Shown here: piece after piece, positions 23,201-33,799 of the stretch
Position numbering within the stretch: position 1 is the first letter of the stretch
Layout of the letters: every line of letters begins with the position of its first letter
DNA from: Anthoceros angustus
Taxonomy: Eukaryota; Plantae; Anthocerotophyta
Length of the DNA: 64,000 nucleotides
Assembly: GCA_010909165.1 (NCBI GenBank)
Contig: VJWM01000178.1
Span: 410,656-474,655 of the forward strand
Reading direction: 5' to 3'
Position numbers and translations under genes: made by a program
Notes under the pieces: model-generated
The model's input: only the letters and a program-made list of their open reading frames with translations
Databases searched by the model: none
What the model was told of the DNA's origin: nothing

Positions 23201-23719
23201 GACATAATACGCACTGCAGGCTTCCATGCCATGGATGACACATGCAAAGCACCAGGTCTTCCTGGGTGGGTCTGATGTCTTGTGCCCGACCATCGAAAGA
23301 ACATTTTCCAAGGGCAAAACTTGGTAAGTGGGGAATACGCGTGTAAATTAAAATCTCTTGGTCCTCTCCCATTCGGTTTACTACCTAGTCCAATGTTTTC
23401 TCCCGAGAATTAAGAAAGAAAACCAATAGCATTAGCTGCACAAACCACTGAAGGAGAAGAAAATGCCATCCTGGATCCAGCTGCTGGGATCGGACGAGCC
23501 TGGAGCTGAAGCGTGAAGAATGTGACCAGTGGCGGCTACTCCGCCAAGGTACCTGCTGTATTCGGCAAAGCCTGCCCTGGCCAAAGCACAAGATCCCAGG
23601 GCAACACAAGCACCTCCAAGTAGGGCAGCATCTTGGAGAAGCCCATGTTTCTTTGGACCGATCTTCAACCCCTGATTGAAGTAAGTCGGCAACTAGTACA
23701 TGAGCACATAGAGCGCGTG
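20224..23719. repeat. Tandem duplication of about 1.75 kb (copy 1 20224-21974, copy 2 21975-23719)
   Basis: The copies are near-identical and differ mainly by small indels. GCGTG is present at 20224, 21975 and 23715. Confidence 0.95.
20494..20709. promoter_or_regulatory. Candidate ELF4 clock/light promoter module (C-box, G-box, evening element)
   Basis: TGACGTCA ~20495, CACGTG 20645-20650, AAATATCT 20702-20709. The duplicate copy has a full AAAATATCT at 22449-22457. Confidence 0.5.
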
Positions 23720-23912
23720 ACGGAACGTGGTGTTCTTCACGACGATGGCCCAGACTACCTGGCTTAGCTAATTTCTTCGAGCCTAGTACATATCCACGTA
23801 CTTCTTCTCTCGAAGAGCTCCATCGCCTGGACTACTGGAGCAGGGCATCTCTACCCATGACGTTCGTGTCGGTTCTGGGAACATGTTTGTGCGACGCTTT
23901 ACGTACTAAAGT

Positions 23913-23973
23913 GGGGGCTGAACCCGGATCTCTTGGGTGAAAGAGTTTCCTTCAACGCCTACACTACAACGGA
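23913..23973 (-). pseudogene. tRNA-Glu(TTC)-derived sequence (tRNA pseudogene or SINE head)
   Basis: TCCGTTGTAGTGTAGGCGTTGAAGGAAACTCTTTCACCCAAGAGATCCGGGTTCAGCCCCC resembles plant tRNA-Glu at the 5' end, TTC anticodon loop and T-arm. The 3' acceptor strand is missing. Confidence 0.7.
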
Positions 23974-26934
23974 TTGTGAACAGCTCATACCAGGGATAGC
24001 TGTGACCGAGCCATAGCCGATGTACTTCCTCAACTATGGAACGTCTTTAGAGGATTACATTGAAGGCCATGGCAGTGCGTGTCAGTAGATAGTACTTTTG
24101 AACCTTTGTTTAGGCTCTTCAACTTACCGTTCTGTACAATATTGAAATCCTATATTATATGCGGAGATAAAATATATTTTATATTAAAATTTTTATATTA
24201 TATATGGAGGTGAAATGTGCTAAAGCACCGTTTGTTTCATCGTCTCCAATCATATTAAATCATAAAAAATTATATTTTATATATTATAATTAAATTTGAT
24301 ATTTGATAATCTTAATCTCTTTTTTTTGTGGAATCGATCGTGTATTTACATTCCATGTAATTTATAGGATCATTATGAGGCGGCCCTAAAGCGCTTGAGA
24401 ACCTTGCAATAGCAGCCTTTTTTATGAGCGAGACATTCCATGTAATTTAGAATACCCCGAAGGGCCTTACATCAGAGGTCATATGTCAAGTGGCTTCATT
24501 ACCTTGCAATAGCAGGCATTTTTGCAAGCAAGATAGTAGACATCATGTATAAGGCGGCGCTCAAGGGCTTCAAAACCTTATGATAGCAAGCCTTTTTGCC
24601 GAGCTTGCAAGGTTCTGAAGCCTGGCAAAAAGGCCTACTATTGTAAGGTTCTCAAGCCTAGCAAAAAGACCTACTATTGTAAGGTTCTCATAGAAGGCCT
24701 TTTTGCCAGCAAGACAACAAAAATCATGCATCACGCGGCCCCAAAGGACTTCAAAACAAAGGTAGGCCACCAAGGGTTATCCCATGGGGATGGGAGATAC
24801 CCCATCCCAATAGTGATTTGTCCAAAGGATTGCTTAACACATAACAGGCAGCCCTAGAGGGCTTCAAACCAAAGCCAGGCCACCAATCAGGGTTGGGAGG
24901 TACATTATCTCAATAGTAATATGTCCATAGGGTTGCTTAACCACAGGCCAATAAGAAATAGCTCATCCTAGCAGTGATATGTCTGGAGGGTTACTTCATT
25001 AGGAGAGTTACTTAACCACTGACTTCCAATGAACTCTGGGCTATTGAGTCATTATTGAACGAAGAGCCTGGCTTTATTTGTGTATTCCTAAGTGAAGAAT
25101 GCAATGAATATGAATATTTTATTATAATAAAATTTAAATTATATATGATTTTATTATATTATTTTTATTTTATAATAATTTTATTATATTATGATAATTT
25201 TATTATATAGTCGCCATATTTTAATTATATAAATTATACTATTATAATAATATACATTTTTTATATAATAACAAAAAATAATAGTTATACATATTAACAT
25301 TGAGTATTATCATGAATGGAAATGTTACAGGGCTAAGATGCTGATGTGTGCACTACAAAGGCTGGTTCTAAGAAGAAGAAGCCAAGTGGCATCTCGAAAG
25401 AAGTTCCGGAAGCGGAGGTCTTGGCTTTTTACGTTGAAGACACTTGCTGTTAGTATCACACTCGGAGCTTGGTCAGATTGATAGGTCGTACAGGTCAACA
25501 GTCGCAGCGTTTGATTAGCTCTGTTTTGTTACCACCTCGAGAATGAAATTGTTTGTTGACATGTGTCCATCAGGCAAAAGCTGTTTCTGATGGAGATATC
25601 GCACAATTGAACGAGAGGAAGTTGATTGAGCTTAGGTACTCATGCCATATTATTCTGGTCTATGTGTTCCGTGGATTCAGTAGCATCTGTAATTTTCTGC
25701 AGCTGCATTGTGCGCTGCCACTCCATCACCAAGGTTGTCAATCACTGGATGTGGTCATGCAGAACCTTCAAGTGCTACTCAGTGCAGAAAGGTATCTGGA
25801 TACCTGTACCAAGCCTAAATATGTGAGCATGAATGTCTGAATAAGTTTTCTCCCCCTCTCGAGATCTCGTACTTCTTCTCTCGAGCCACGCCATCACTGT
25901 TCTCCTCTCCAGATACCCCAAAAATGCATAGGTTTTGTGCGTTTCGACAAGGACATCACCTTAGGCAGCACAAAGCTCTCGAAGATGAGCTAACATCCTA
26001 TACTAGACGGGAGTCCACACCACGCCCCCATCCAGCAATGGTCACAAACTCAATGCGCGCCCACGGTTGGCGTAACCAAGATCCTATGAGCGCCCTGTAC
26101 ATCCTCAAGTGGTGGGCTTGGTCAGATTGATAGGTCGTGGTCAACGCAGCTGGCTCGATTAGCTCGCTGCTACCACCTCGAGAATGAAATTGTTTGTTGA
26201 CATGTGTTCTGTTCTGTTCTGCTTAGTACTAATTACTTTACAACACCTTGAGAGCAGTCACCAAAATATTGGAAAGGACACACTGAGACTCAATGCCATT
26301 TATTGCATATCGTTTTCAAGCAATGACTAGCAATTTGGAATGCTTGAATTTGGAAGACAAAAGGTACACCCGCCACCGATTACTTCACAACTCATTGAGA
26401 GGGATAGCCACAATATTGAAAAAATACAGACATTGACTCGATGCCATTCATTTATTGTCTATCACTATTCAAGCAATAACTTGGATAGCTTGAATATCGT
26501 AGCTAGGATATCAGAATGCTTGAAAGACAAAAAAAACAGCTGGGTCAACTTTACATGAAGGATAGAGTTCATTCAAGAAGAGAAGCAAGACTAAATTGGT
26601 AAGTTATTGAAGTGTAGCCAATTCCTGCCACTGAGCTGGCAATTGATAGATTTGCGTGTATGGCCGACTGCTTCGTAGATTTTATATTTTAAAATATAAT
26701 AAATAAATAAATGGTTGTAAATGATATATACATAGGAGAAATGCTTAAGGTAAATATAAACGTAGCTCAAACACTTCTGCATAACCAAGAGAACACACAT
26801 TCATACACATAGTTTGCCAAGAGCGGATGGTGCGTAGGTGTGTGACGTAGGCACCTCAAAGGCAGGCAAGTGCGAGGAAAGAGATCACATGCCACTGGCG
26901 AGTGTAACGAACCGAGTGGCCGGATTCGTTATCA

Positions 26935-26935
<1 letters not shown>

Positions 26936-27018
<83 letters not shown>
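26936..27018. repeat. (GGCCAGA)n heptamer array, about 12 copies
   Basis: Direct reading of the sequence. Confidence 0.97.
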
Positions 27019-28110
27019 GGGCCAGGGGCTGGCCAGAGGCGAGCGGCCTGCCTCCGATTCCCGACAGCGAGGGAGAGTAAAATGAAACGACCCGGACCCG
27101 TGCACGTGCTGGTCGCTCAACTACTGTACTCTTGTACTGGCGGAAGTTACTGGGAGCAGCCATGGCCAAAATGGCATTGTCTTGTGTCACCTGGGCCCCT
27201 TGGACTCCCGACCCTTCCCTCCCTTATTTGTCGCACCCCGGTCCTGGGGACCCGACTCCGCCTCCCAGATGCGCCTGCCCTGCCCCTGCCCCTGCCCCCG
27301 GCCCTGCAGTGCCGGGACCTGGACCTGGACTTGGACCTGGGCCATTTCGGGGCTGCTGCCGCGGCCCCCTCCCTGACTCCGCACTCTCACGTACATCTAG
27401 CCTCCGGCAGCGTGGTGGTGTGGGATTGCGTGCTCTTTTGTGTTGTTGGGCAACGTCCGTTGCTTGCTCTGTGTTGTGTTTTTGCCTTGGCCACCAGGCT
27501 TGCGGTGTTGGGTGTTGTGGATCTGTGCCCCAGCCTGCTCGGGCTCCCTCTCTGCCTGCATGCAGCAAGGAGTGCAGGAAAGGGAAAAGGCAGAGGGAAA
27601 GACGGGAATTGGGGGCTTGCTGCCTGCTCTGGGGCCGGCGCTTCTCTTTGCAGCTTTCTGGATGTGGGATCCTGTCTCGGGGCAGCTGCTTCCGAGCGGC
27701 CACCAAGTCGCACATGAGCGTCCGGGCGGGCTCGCCGGGTGTGTGCATGGCGGGGAATTGGGGGCGGGGGTGAGCGGATAATTCGAGGCTGGTGTCTCTG
27801 CAGATCTCCCGGTGGGTGTGCGCGCGGGAAGGAGCATGGAGAGCGACGCGGGTGGGGCTGGGAGGGGCGCAGGAGGGGAGGGGCAGGGAGGACCGGGAAA
27901 AGGGAAAAGGAAAGGGCTGGTGGTGGGGATCGCCGCGGTCGTGTTGGTTGGAGTTGGAGGAGATTCTTGGCCGGGCTTTGGAAATTGAAGAGGCGGTCGG
28001 CGGGAAGGATGTGGTGGGGAGGCGATTGTGAGCGGGGACGCGGCGGCCAAGTTGGGGAAGTCGTCGGAGGACTTGGCTTCTGCCGCCTTGGGGTCCGCCT
28101 TGCAGGATGA

Positions 28111-29640
28111 GTGGGACGGGAAGGGGTGGGGAGGGAGAGTGATGGCGGCTTGGTGGGTGAGGGGCAGGTGAAGGGCTTTGTGGTGAATGGGACGTTCCGG
28201 GAGAAGGATGGAGTGCCCAGTTTGTGTGCTGAGGTGAAGGTTTTGGGAGTGAAGCGTGGTGTGGATGGGGAGGAAGGGGGGAATGGGCATGTTGAGGTGG
28301 CGGAGAATGGAGTGCAGGTTGTGGGTGGTGGGGGGGAGGAGGTTGTTGGACAGGTGGAGGATGAGCTGCTGTTGCCTGAAGCTGCTGTCAAGGATGGGTT
28401 GGCGGATTTGAGGATTGTTACTTCTGTGTCGTATCCTGATAGCCTGGTGGAGGCGACTTGTACTGCTGTGGGGCGAGATGTTGGGAGTGCGTACCAGAGT
28501 TCGTCCTCTGGCAGTGAGGTGGATGAGGAAGATGAGGATGAGGAGGGGGAGGTGGAGGTGGAGAGCACCAGTGTAATTTTACCTCAGGAGCAGGAGGAGG
28601 ACGCCAGCAGTTCGCTTTCGCCTGAGGATGACGAGGGGAGCAGCACTCCCATCGAGCCTGCTTTGCTGGAAAGTGTTGACAAACGAGAGGTGTTTGTTGG
28701 GGATGGCAGTCCTTCCGTCAGCTCTGTGGAGAAGGTGAAGGATAGCATAGCAACTTCTCTACAGACTGCCCACCCGCTACTTCTTTCCCCCAGGAAGCCG
28801 CCTCGTTCGCCATCACCAACCCCCTCCAGGTTGCAAAGCGAGAGATCCGCTGACAGGAGTTCTAAGGTCTTGGATCCAGATCTCATCTCTAGTCATCTGC
28901 TTCACCCGAGGGCTTCTCCTCCTGCGGCTGTCACCCACCTTCTGGACCTGTTGCAGCTACCGGAGACGGCAGTAGCCCAGCCCACCACTCCAGCAAGGGA
29001 ATCGGAGAAGGTGTTCTCTGTGAAGCCAGCCTCACCATTGAGCGATGGTGAGTCTGCGGTAGAGAAAGATGCTCTTCCCGAAAAAGAGGCAGAGAGCGAT
29101 GGTGAGTCTGCGGTAGAGAAAGAGGCTCTTCCTGATAAAAAGGCAGAGCGCGATGGTGTGTCTGCGGTAGAGAAAGATGCTCTTCCTGAAAAAGAGGCAG
29201 AGAGCGATGCTGAGTCTGCGGTAGGGAAAGATGCTCCTCCTGAAAAAAAGGCAGAGACGGAGAAATTTGTCATGCCAGCAGACGGCTTTAAGGAGGCCTT
29301 GAAGGCCGACTCTGAAGCCAGAGACGTTGTTGCCCAGCTGCTCGTGGATGATGCAAAGGAAAGGGAAACGCTGGAAAGAGTTGCTCTCAAAGAGTCGAGC
29401 AACATAGGCGAGGAGGTCCGACCAGGAGTGGTGGTCTCCGCTTCTAAGGTTTTGCTGGACACTCACAACTCGTCTGTCCGGGCTGTGAAGGCAACCATCG
29501 TTGCAGCTCCAGCATTTGACCTCGACAGGCAGCCAAGTGGAGAGTTTTGGGCCTACGTAGGTCGTGGCGTGCCCTCGTTGATATTGCTGGGCGTTTTTTG
29601 CCTCGTATTGTCGCTTTTGTATCAAGTGTTCCAAGCTTGA
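28111..29640 (+). CDS. Uncharacterised acidic, low-complexity protein with a C-terminal TM anchor; true start lies upstream
   Basis: 509-aa open frame ending EFWAYVGRGVPSLILLGVFCLVLSLLYQVFQA*. There is no ATG near its 5' end, and coding-like text continues upstream through frame changes at G-runs. Confidence 0.7.
   Translation: MGREGVGRESDGGLVGEGQVKGFVVNGTFREKDGVPSLCAEVKVLGVKRGVDGEEGGNGHVEVAENGVQVVGGGGEEVVGQVEDELLLPEAAVKDGLADLRIVTSVSYPDSLVEATCTAVGRDVGSAYQSSSSGSEVDEEDEDEEGEVEVESTSVILPQEQEEDASSSLSPEDDEGSSTPIEPALLESVDKREVFVGDGSPSVSSVEKVKDSIATSLQTAHPLLLSPRKPPRSPSPTPSRLQSERSADRSSKVLDPDLISSHLLHPRASPPAAVTHLLDLLQLPETAVAQPTTPARESEKVFSVKPASPLSDGESAVEKDALPEKEAESDGESAVEKEALPDKKAERDGVSAVEKDALPEKEAESDAESAVGKDAPPEKKAETEKFVMPADGFKEALKADSEARDVVAQLLVDDAKERETLERVALKESSNIGEEVRPGVVVSASKVLLDTHNSSVRAVKATIVAAPAFDLDRQPSGEFWAYVGRGVPSLILLGVFCLVLSLLYQVFQA
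29041..29256 (+). repeat. 54-bp coding tandem repeat x4 (SDGESAVEKDALPEKEAE)
   Basis: Units start at 29041, 29095, 29149 and 29203. Confidence 0.93.
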
Positions 29641-30022
29641 ATGTGGTCCATTAGAAGAGCTTTGACTGAAGCTTTTGCCAGGACTGGACTTGTCGTGTTG
29701 TTGTTGTCTCATGCCTTCCCTTGCGGTCTTGCTCGGGTTGTGTGATTTGTTTGAAGCTAAGTTAGTGATGGGGAATAGCTTGCTTCTGTCCATCTAAAAG
29801 GATAATGCATTTGTATGGCCTGTTCGTTGAGAAATCGTGGCTGTCTGAGCCCCTAAACCGATGGCCATTTCCGTGGGTGCCCTCCAAATTTTGGCAAACA
29901 GAAGAAAGCACTCTTACAGCCTTTTCCCGTCCGCTCGTCCAACTAGTCCTCCCGTCGTGAAATCGGTGACGGTCACGTTTGTCGTTGTGTAGCGCACCTC
30001 CAGAGTACGGTTGGGTTCTTTC

Positions 30023-31023
30023 ATGTTGGCGGCAGGGCGCGGGGAGGCAGGGGCGCGCCTCGCCCCTGCCATGGTGGCCGGCTGGAGATGGGCTGCCATC
30101 AGAGGAACATCTAAATTCGCCACCGGCTACAGCCCTCTCACGCCCAAGAGCTTGGACTCCATCCTCAAGCTGGACACCGTGAAAGATGCTACCCCCGAGG
30201 AGATCACCACCATCTGGAACGATGTCAGATTCCCGGCGCCTTTCTTTCCACCTGCACCTTGCTTTCGTTGATTAATTCTGCATGTTCCAATCTCAAAATT
30301 GCAGTGCTGGGTGGGCAGTATCACATCGGACGAGGTCACATAAGTGCGGTCATGGGGAAGGACCTTTTCAGCCGCTTCTCCCATCGAGCAAAAGAGTGGT
30401 AGGCTCTGACAGAGATGCTTGCTTGTTCCGCAAGCCGTGGAGTTGCTCAGAGTCTGATCTCGTTGTTGTGCCAGCCCGCTGTTTGTCATCCCTCTGCGGA
30501 AAGGAAGTGGTTATGTGTCCATGCTGTCCCAAGGTGGGTTCTTGACGCCATCCTGAACACATTGCTCTCTTTGCTGAGGAATGTCGAGAGTTGACAGACC
30601 ATGTTGGGGGCCTCCTTTCCTTTCAGCGCAGATGCCTCACCTGCTGTTTACTAGTCTGGAGGATTTTCGAGCACGTGGATCAGAAGCTTCCCCTTACTTC
30701 ACTGTGACACACCACCAAGAGCTTGCTGAAAGCAAGGGCCTGGTCCTGGTGCGTGGGGATGTAGTCTTCACCAGCCAGTTATCTGATACACAGGTAATAG
30801 GACAGCACTTCAGCTGTGGCTCGATTGATTGGTATTAGTCCTGAGTATATGTCTCCAACCAGCTGTTCTGGCACTGTGCTTGCAGGCCAAGAGTCTTTTG
30901 GAAGTTGCACATTCGTTTTACTTGGATGACAACAGGTACAGACATGTGCAGAGGTTCAACAAACAGAGTGAAGAGTTTGATTTCAAGGAGGTGCTTCGAG
31001 AACTGGGCATGGCATCAGCATAA
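30023..31023 (+). CDS. ATP11: Mitochondrial F1-ATPase assembly factor ATP11/ATPAF1 (5 exons)
   Basis: PKSLDSILKL..EEITTIWND|YHIGRGHI..|FVIPLRKGSGY|MPHLLFTSLEDFRARG..LVRGDVVFTS|..SFYLDDNRY..FNKQSEEFDFKEVL. The start codon is inferred. Confidence 0.92.
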
Positions 31024-31346
31024 TTTCCAGATGCGTCTGTTTCACTTTGTTCGAAATCTATCAGCTCTGGGAGGAATTTCTCCGGGGCTACTTGTCGTTG
31101 TGGTTGGTCAAAAGCACTGCTCCAAGTAGACTTTATAGCCAGGAGCCACGTTTGATCTTCCTTCATGAGTCCCTTCTCTGCAGATGATGAGCCACGGCAC
31201 CTATGGAACAATCTTTGGCCAAATGTCCCTGCCAAAGCAGAACCGTCAGCTATGTCATTGGAGAGGCCTCAAGCAAGTAATTAAAAAAGAGCTTACGTGC
31301 TTGTCAGGAATTTGAAGAGCTTGAGGACAAGCTCTCGTCAGTAGCT

Positions 31347-31954
31347 CTACTGTGCGTAAATGACCCCGCATTGCTGGAACAGCAAAAAATGAACCACGGC
31401 AACATGTGAGCAGCTTTGTGTTGAGGCAGATGGACGAGATCCTTCAGTACACGCTTCATACCTACCTGCTTTGTGCAAGGGAGTACATCCATCACCGTCC
31501 TGACACAGAGGGCTGGCTCCACTTTGCAGAAGCAGCTTCACCACCTGCTCATGCCCCTCATGAGCTGCCCGATGAAGACTTGTTGCTTGCCCCCCCCTCG
31601 TCCGTCTGTCGACCGAAGCCTTGTTCTGCAGAGACGCAATTTCAACGCCTAAAATTCCCAGCAGGAGGCGCAAATGCACATCACAGACGCTTCTGTGACA
31701 GGCACCTCTAATAGGACGCGGCATGCTTCAAGATGACCGTTTCTGGCCGCGAAGTGCAGAGGGGAATACGCATCTCCATCTGGCCCGTCCACTTTGGCAC
31801 CACGTTCCAGCAAACCTCGTATTCTCACCACATCTCCGGCATGAGCAGCTCCTTGCAAGCTCCTCTGGAAGTCCATCTCCTCCAGCGACTCATCCACGCC
31901 ATGCCTCGGTCCTTGACAGCACGAACAGCTCTCCTGGTGAGTCCGACTCGCCAT
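31347..31954 (-). CDS. ANKRD39-like ankyrin repeat protein
   Basis: CSCC..GVDESLEEMDFQRSLQGAA..GD..YSPLHFAARNGH..|GQATSLHRAAHEGH..QDGDGCTPLHK. The last exon is uncertain. Confidence 0.85.
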
Positions 31955-32103
31955 GGCGTTTCCAATTGTTTCTGCTTCTGCGGTTGGAAACGATCGTGAC
32001 TCCCCTAACCAATTTTCTTCTTCAGGAACGACTGCGTGCCTGATTGCGCAGAGCGGCACGCACGTCGTAGGTTCTCAGGACGCTGGTTCAGCAGTTGCGC
32101 ACC

Positions 32104-33644
32104 ATGTTGATTCAGCACTTGCCCCTGCTATCAACCAAGCGCCTTGTGTTGGCATCAGCGTCTCCTCGGAGAGCTGAGCTCTTTCGGGGTCTGGTGAGAT
32201 TCACTTCCGAGTTTGTCGTGGAAGCCAAGATTTGTCATGTGTCGTGGTGGACCTTGATCCTGGCTCATTCTCTGTAGGGCTTGCGGGCCGAGGTGATCCC
32301 TTCAACATTTGACGAGCTGTTGGACAAGTCTGAGTTCTCTTGTGCTGGAGGTAGTCTGTTTGCCTAGCAATGAGGACAAAGATTTTCAGTGACGGTTTCT
32401 AATCAGGAGTCTTTCTTTTCCGAAGACTATGCAGCTGAGACAGCTACTCACAAAGCGATTGAAGTGTCATTGCGCGCGTCCAAGGTTCTACCTCATTCAA
32501 AGTCACTTTTTGTTCTGGTACCATGTGACTGTGGATATCAGTTAGAGATCGTAGTCTGCAAGCATATGCCGTTGTATTTTCTCGTAGAACGCGCTCGCTT
32601 CAAGCAGCTGATGACACCCTGTTGTTTGCACGCAGGCACAAGATGGCAGTAAAGCAGATGTGATCATAGGCGCGGATACCGTGGTTGAGGTTGATGTATG
32701 TGATCCCGTTTGGCTGCACGTAGTTCGTAGCTGGAAGTCGGTCCTTGTGTGGCTGTGGCATCATGAACTTAGGAATGATAGGGGTGACGGTTTCCTCAGG
32801 GTCTGATTTTGGAGAAACCACGAGATAAGGACGATGCGTTCAGAATGTTGTCTTCTCTAAGTGGTGAGATCTTTAACGTTCTCTGGCTTTTATCCAAACC
32901 TTCTTTGGCTCATGTGTGTCCATGATTAACTTTTCTACATGATCAGGTCGTAGGCATGTGGTGTACACAGGAGTTGCCTTTGTGCTTCCTGGTGCTCCAG
33001 GTGACAGCAAGATCCGTCTCCCTTTCTCTCCTACTGTGCCAGGATTGTCCCTTAGGAGGTTGCTCACTTTGTGGGACTCTTTTGGTTCCAGATGTTGTGT
33101 CACAACGGCCACCTTTGATTCGTTCCTTCTGGGAGAAAACTGAGGTGCTCAAATCCGTCATCCGTTTTAGGCCTGGCTGAAATTTTTCAATACCAACATT
33201 TGATGTTTCTGTGCAGGTCGAGTTTGGGGTATTGGAAGATGCCGCAATCACGGCTTACATTGCCTCTGGAGAGCCAATGGATAAGGCTGGGGCCTATGGT
33301 ATTCAGGTGCTTGCTTGTCACTTACAAAGTGCCTGTGTAGGTACGGAGAACCTTGGATGCTGACAGTCTCAACATGATCTGCAGGGCATCGGCGGGTCAT
33401 TCGTCAAAGGAATCGTTGGCTGCTACTTCAACGTGATGGGGCTCCCGGTTTACAGGTATGTGCTTCTTGGTTGGCTGCTTTTTTTTGTATCAAGGAGAGT
33501 GTGTTTTCTGCTGACGTTAGGGGAGTTGTGCTGAGGTTAGACTGTTTCATGCGCAGACTCGCAGCAGAGTTCGACAGTTTAATCAAGGCTGGGATAATCA
33601 CTGGAGAGTGTGGGCAAGTGCAAAAATCTGCGGTTGTCTTGTAG
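32104..33644 (+). CDS. Maf-family nucleotide pyrophosphatase (dTTP/UTP pyrophosphatase-like), multi-exon
   Basis: [46 protein letters not shown]|[14 protein letters not shown]. Confidence 0.93.
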
Positions 33645-33799
33645 TTCGTTGTTCTATGTGCATCTGCACTCCCTTCTCCAATTTCCATAGACGAATCTGG
33701 GAATTGTCTTCCATTTACTCACCAGACAATGTGTTCTGGCCACTGGGTAACAAACCATATTTGGGGCTCTCTACCACAGCGTCCAATCCTGGAGGAAAC

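Noticed and set aside
26936-27018. Repeat arrays as CRISPR or telomere
   Set aside because: There are no unique spacers, and the unit is not TTTAGGG. Isolated AAACCCT motifs elsewhere are telo-box sized only.
27387-29793. Long minus-strand ORFs (393, 297 and 253 aa)
   Set aside because: They are antisense shadows of the G-rich plus-strand gene.
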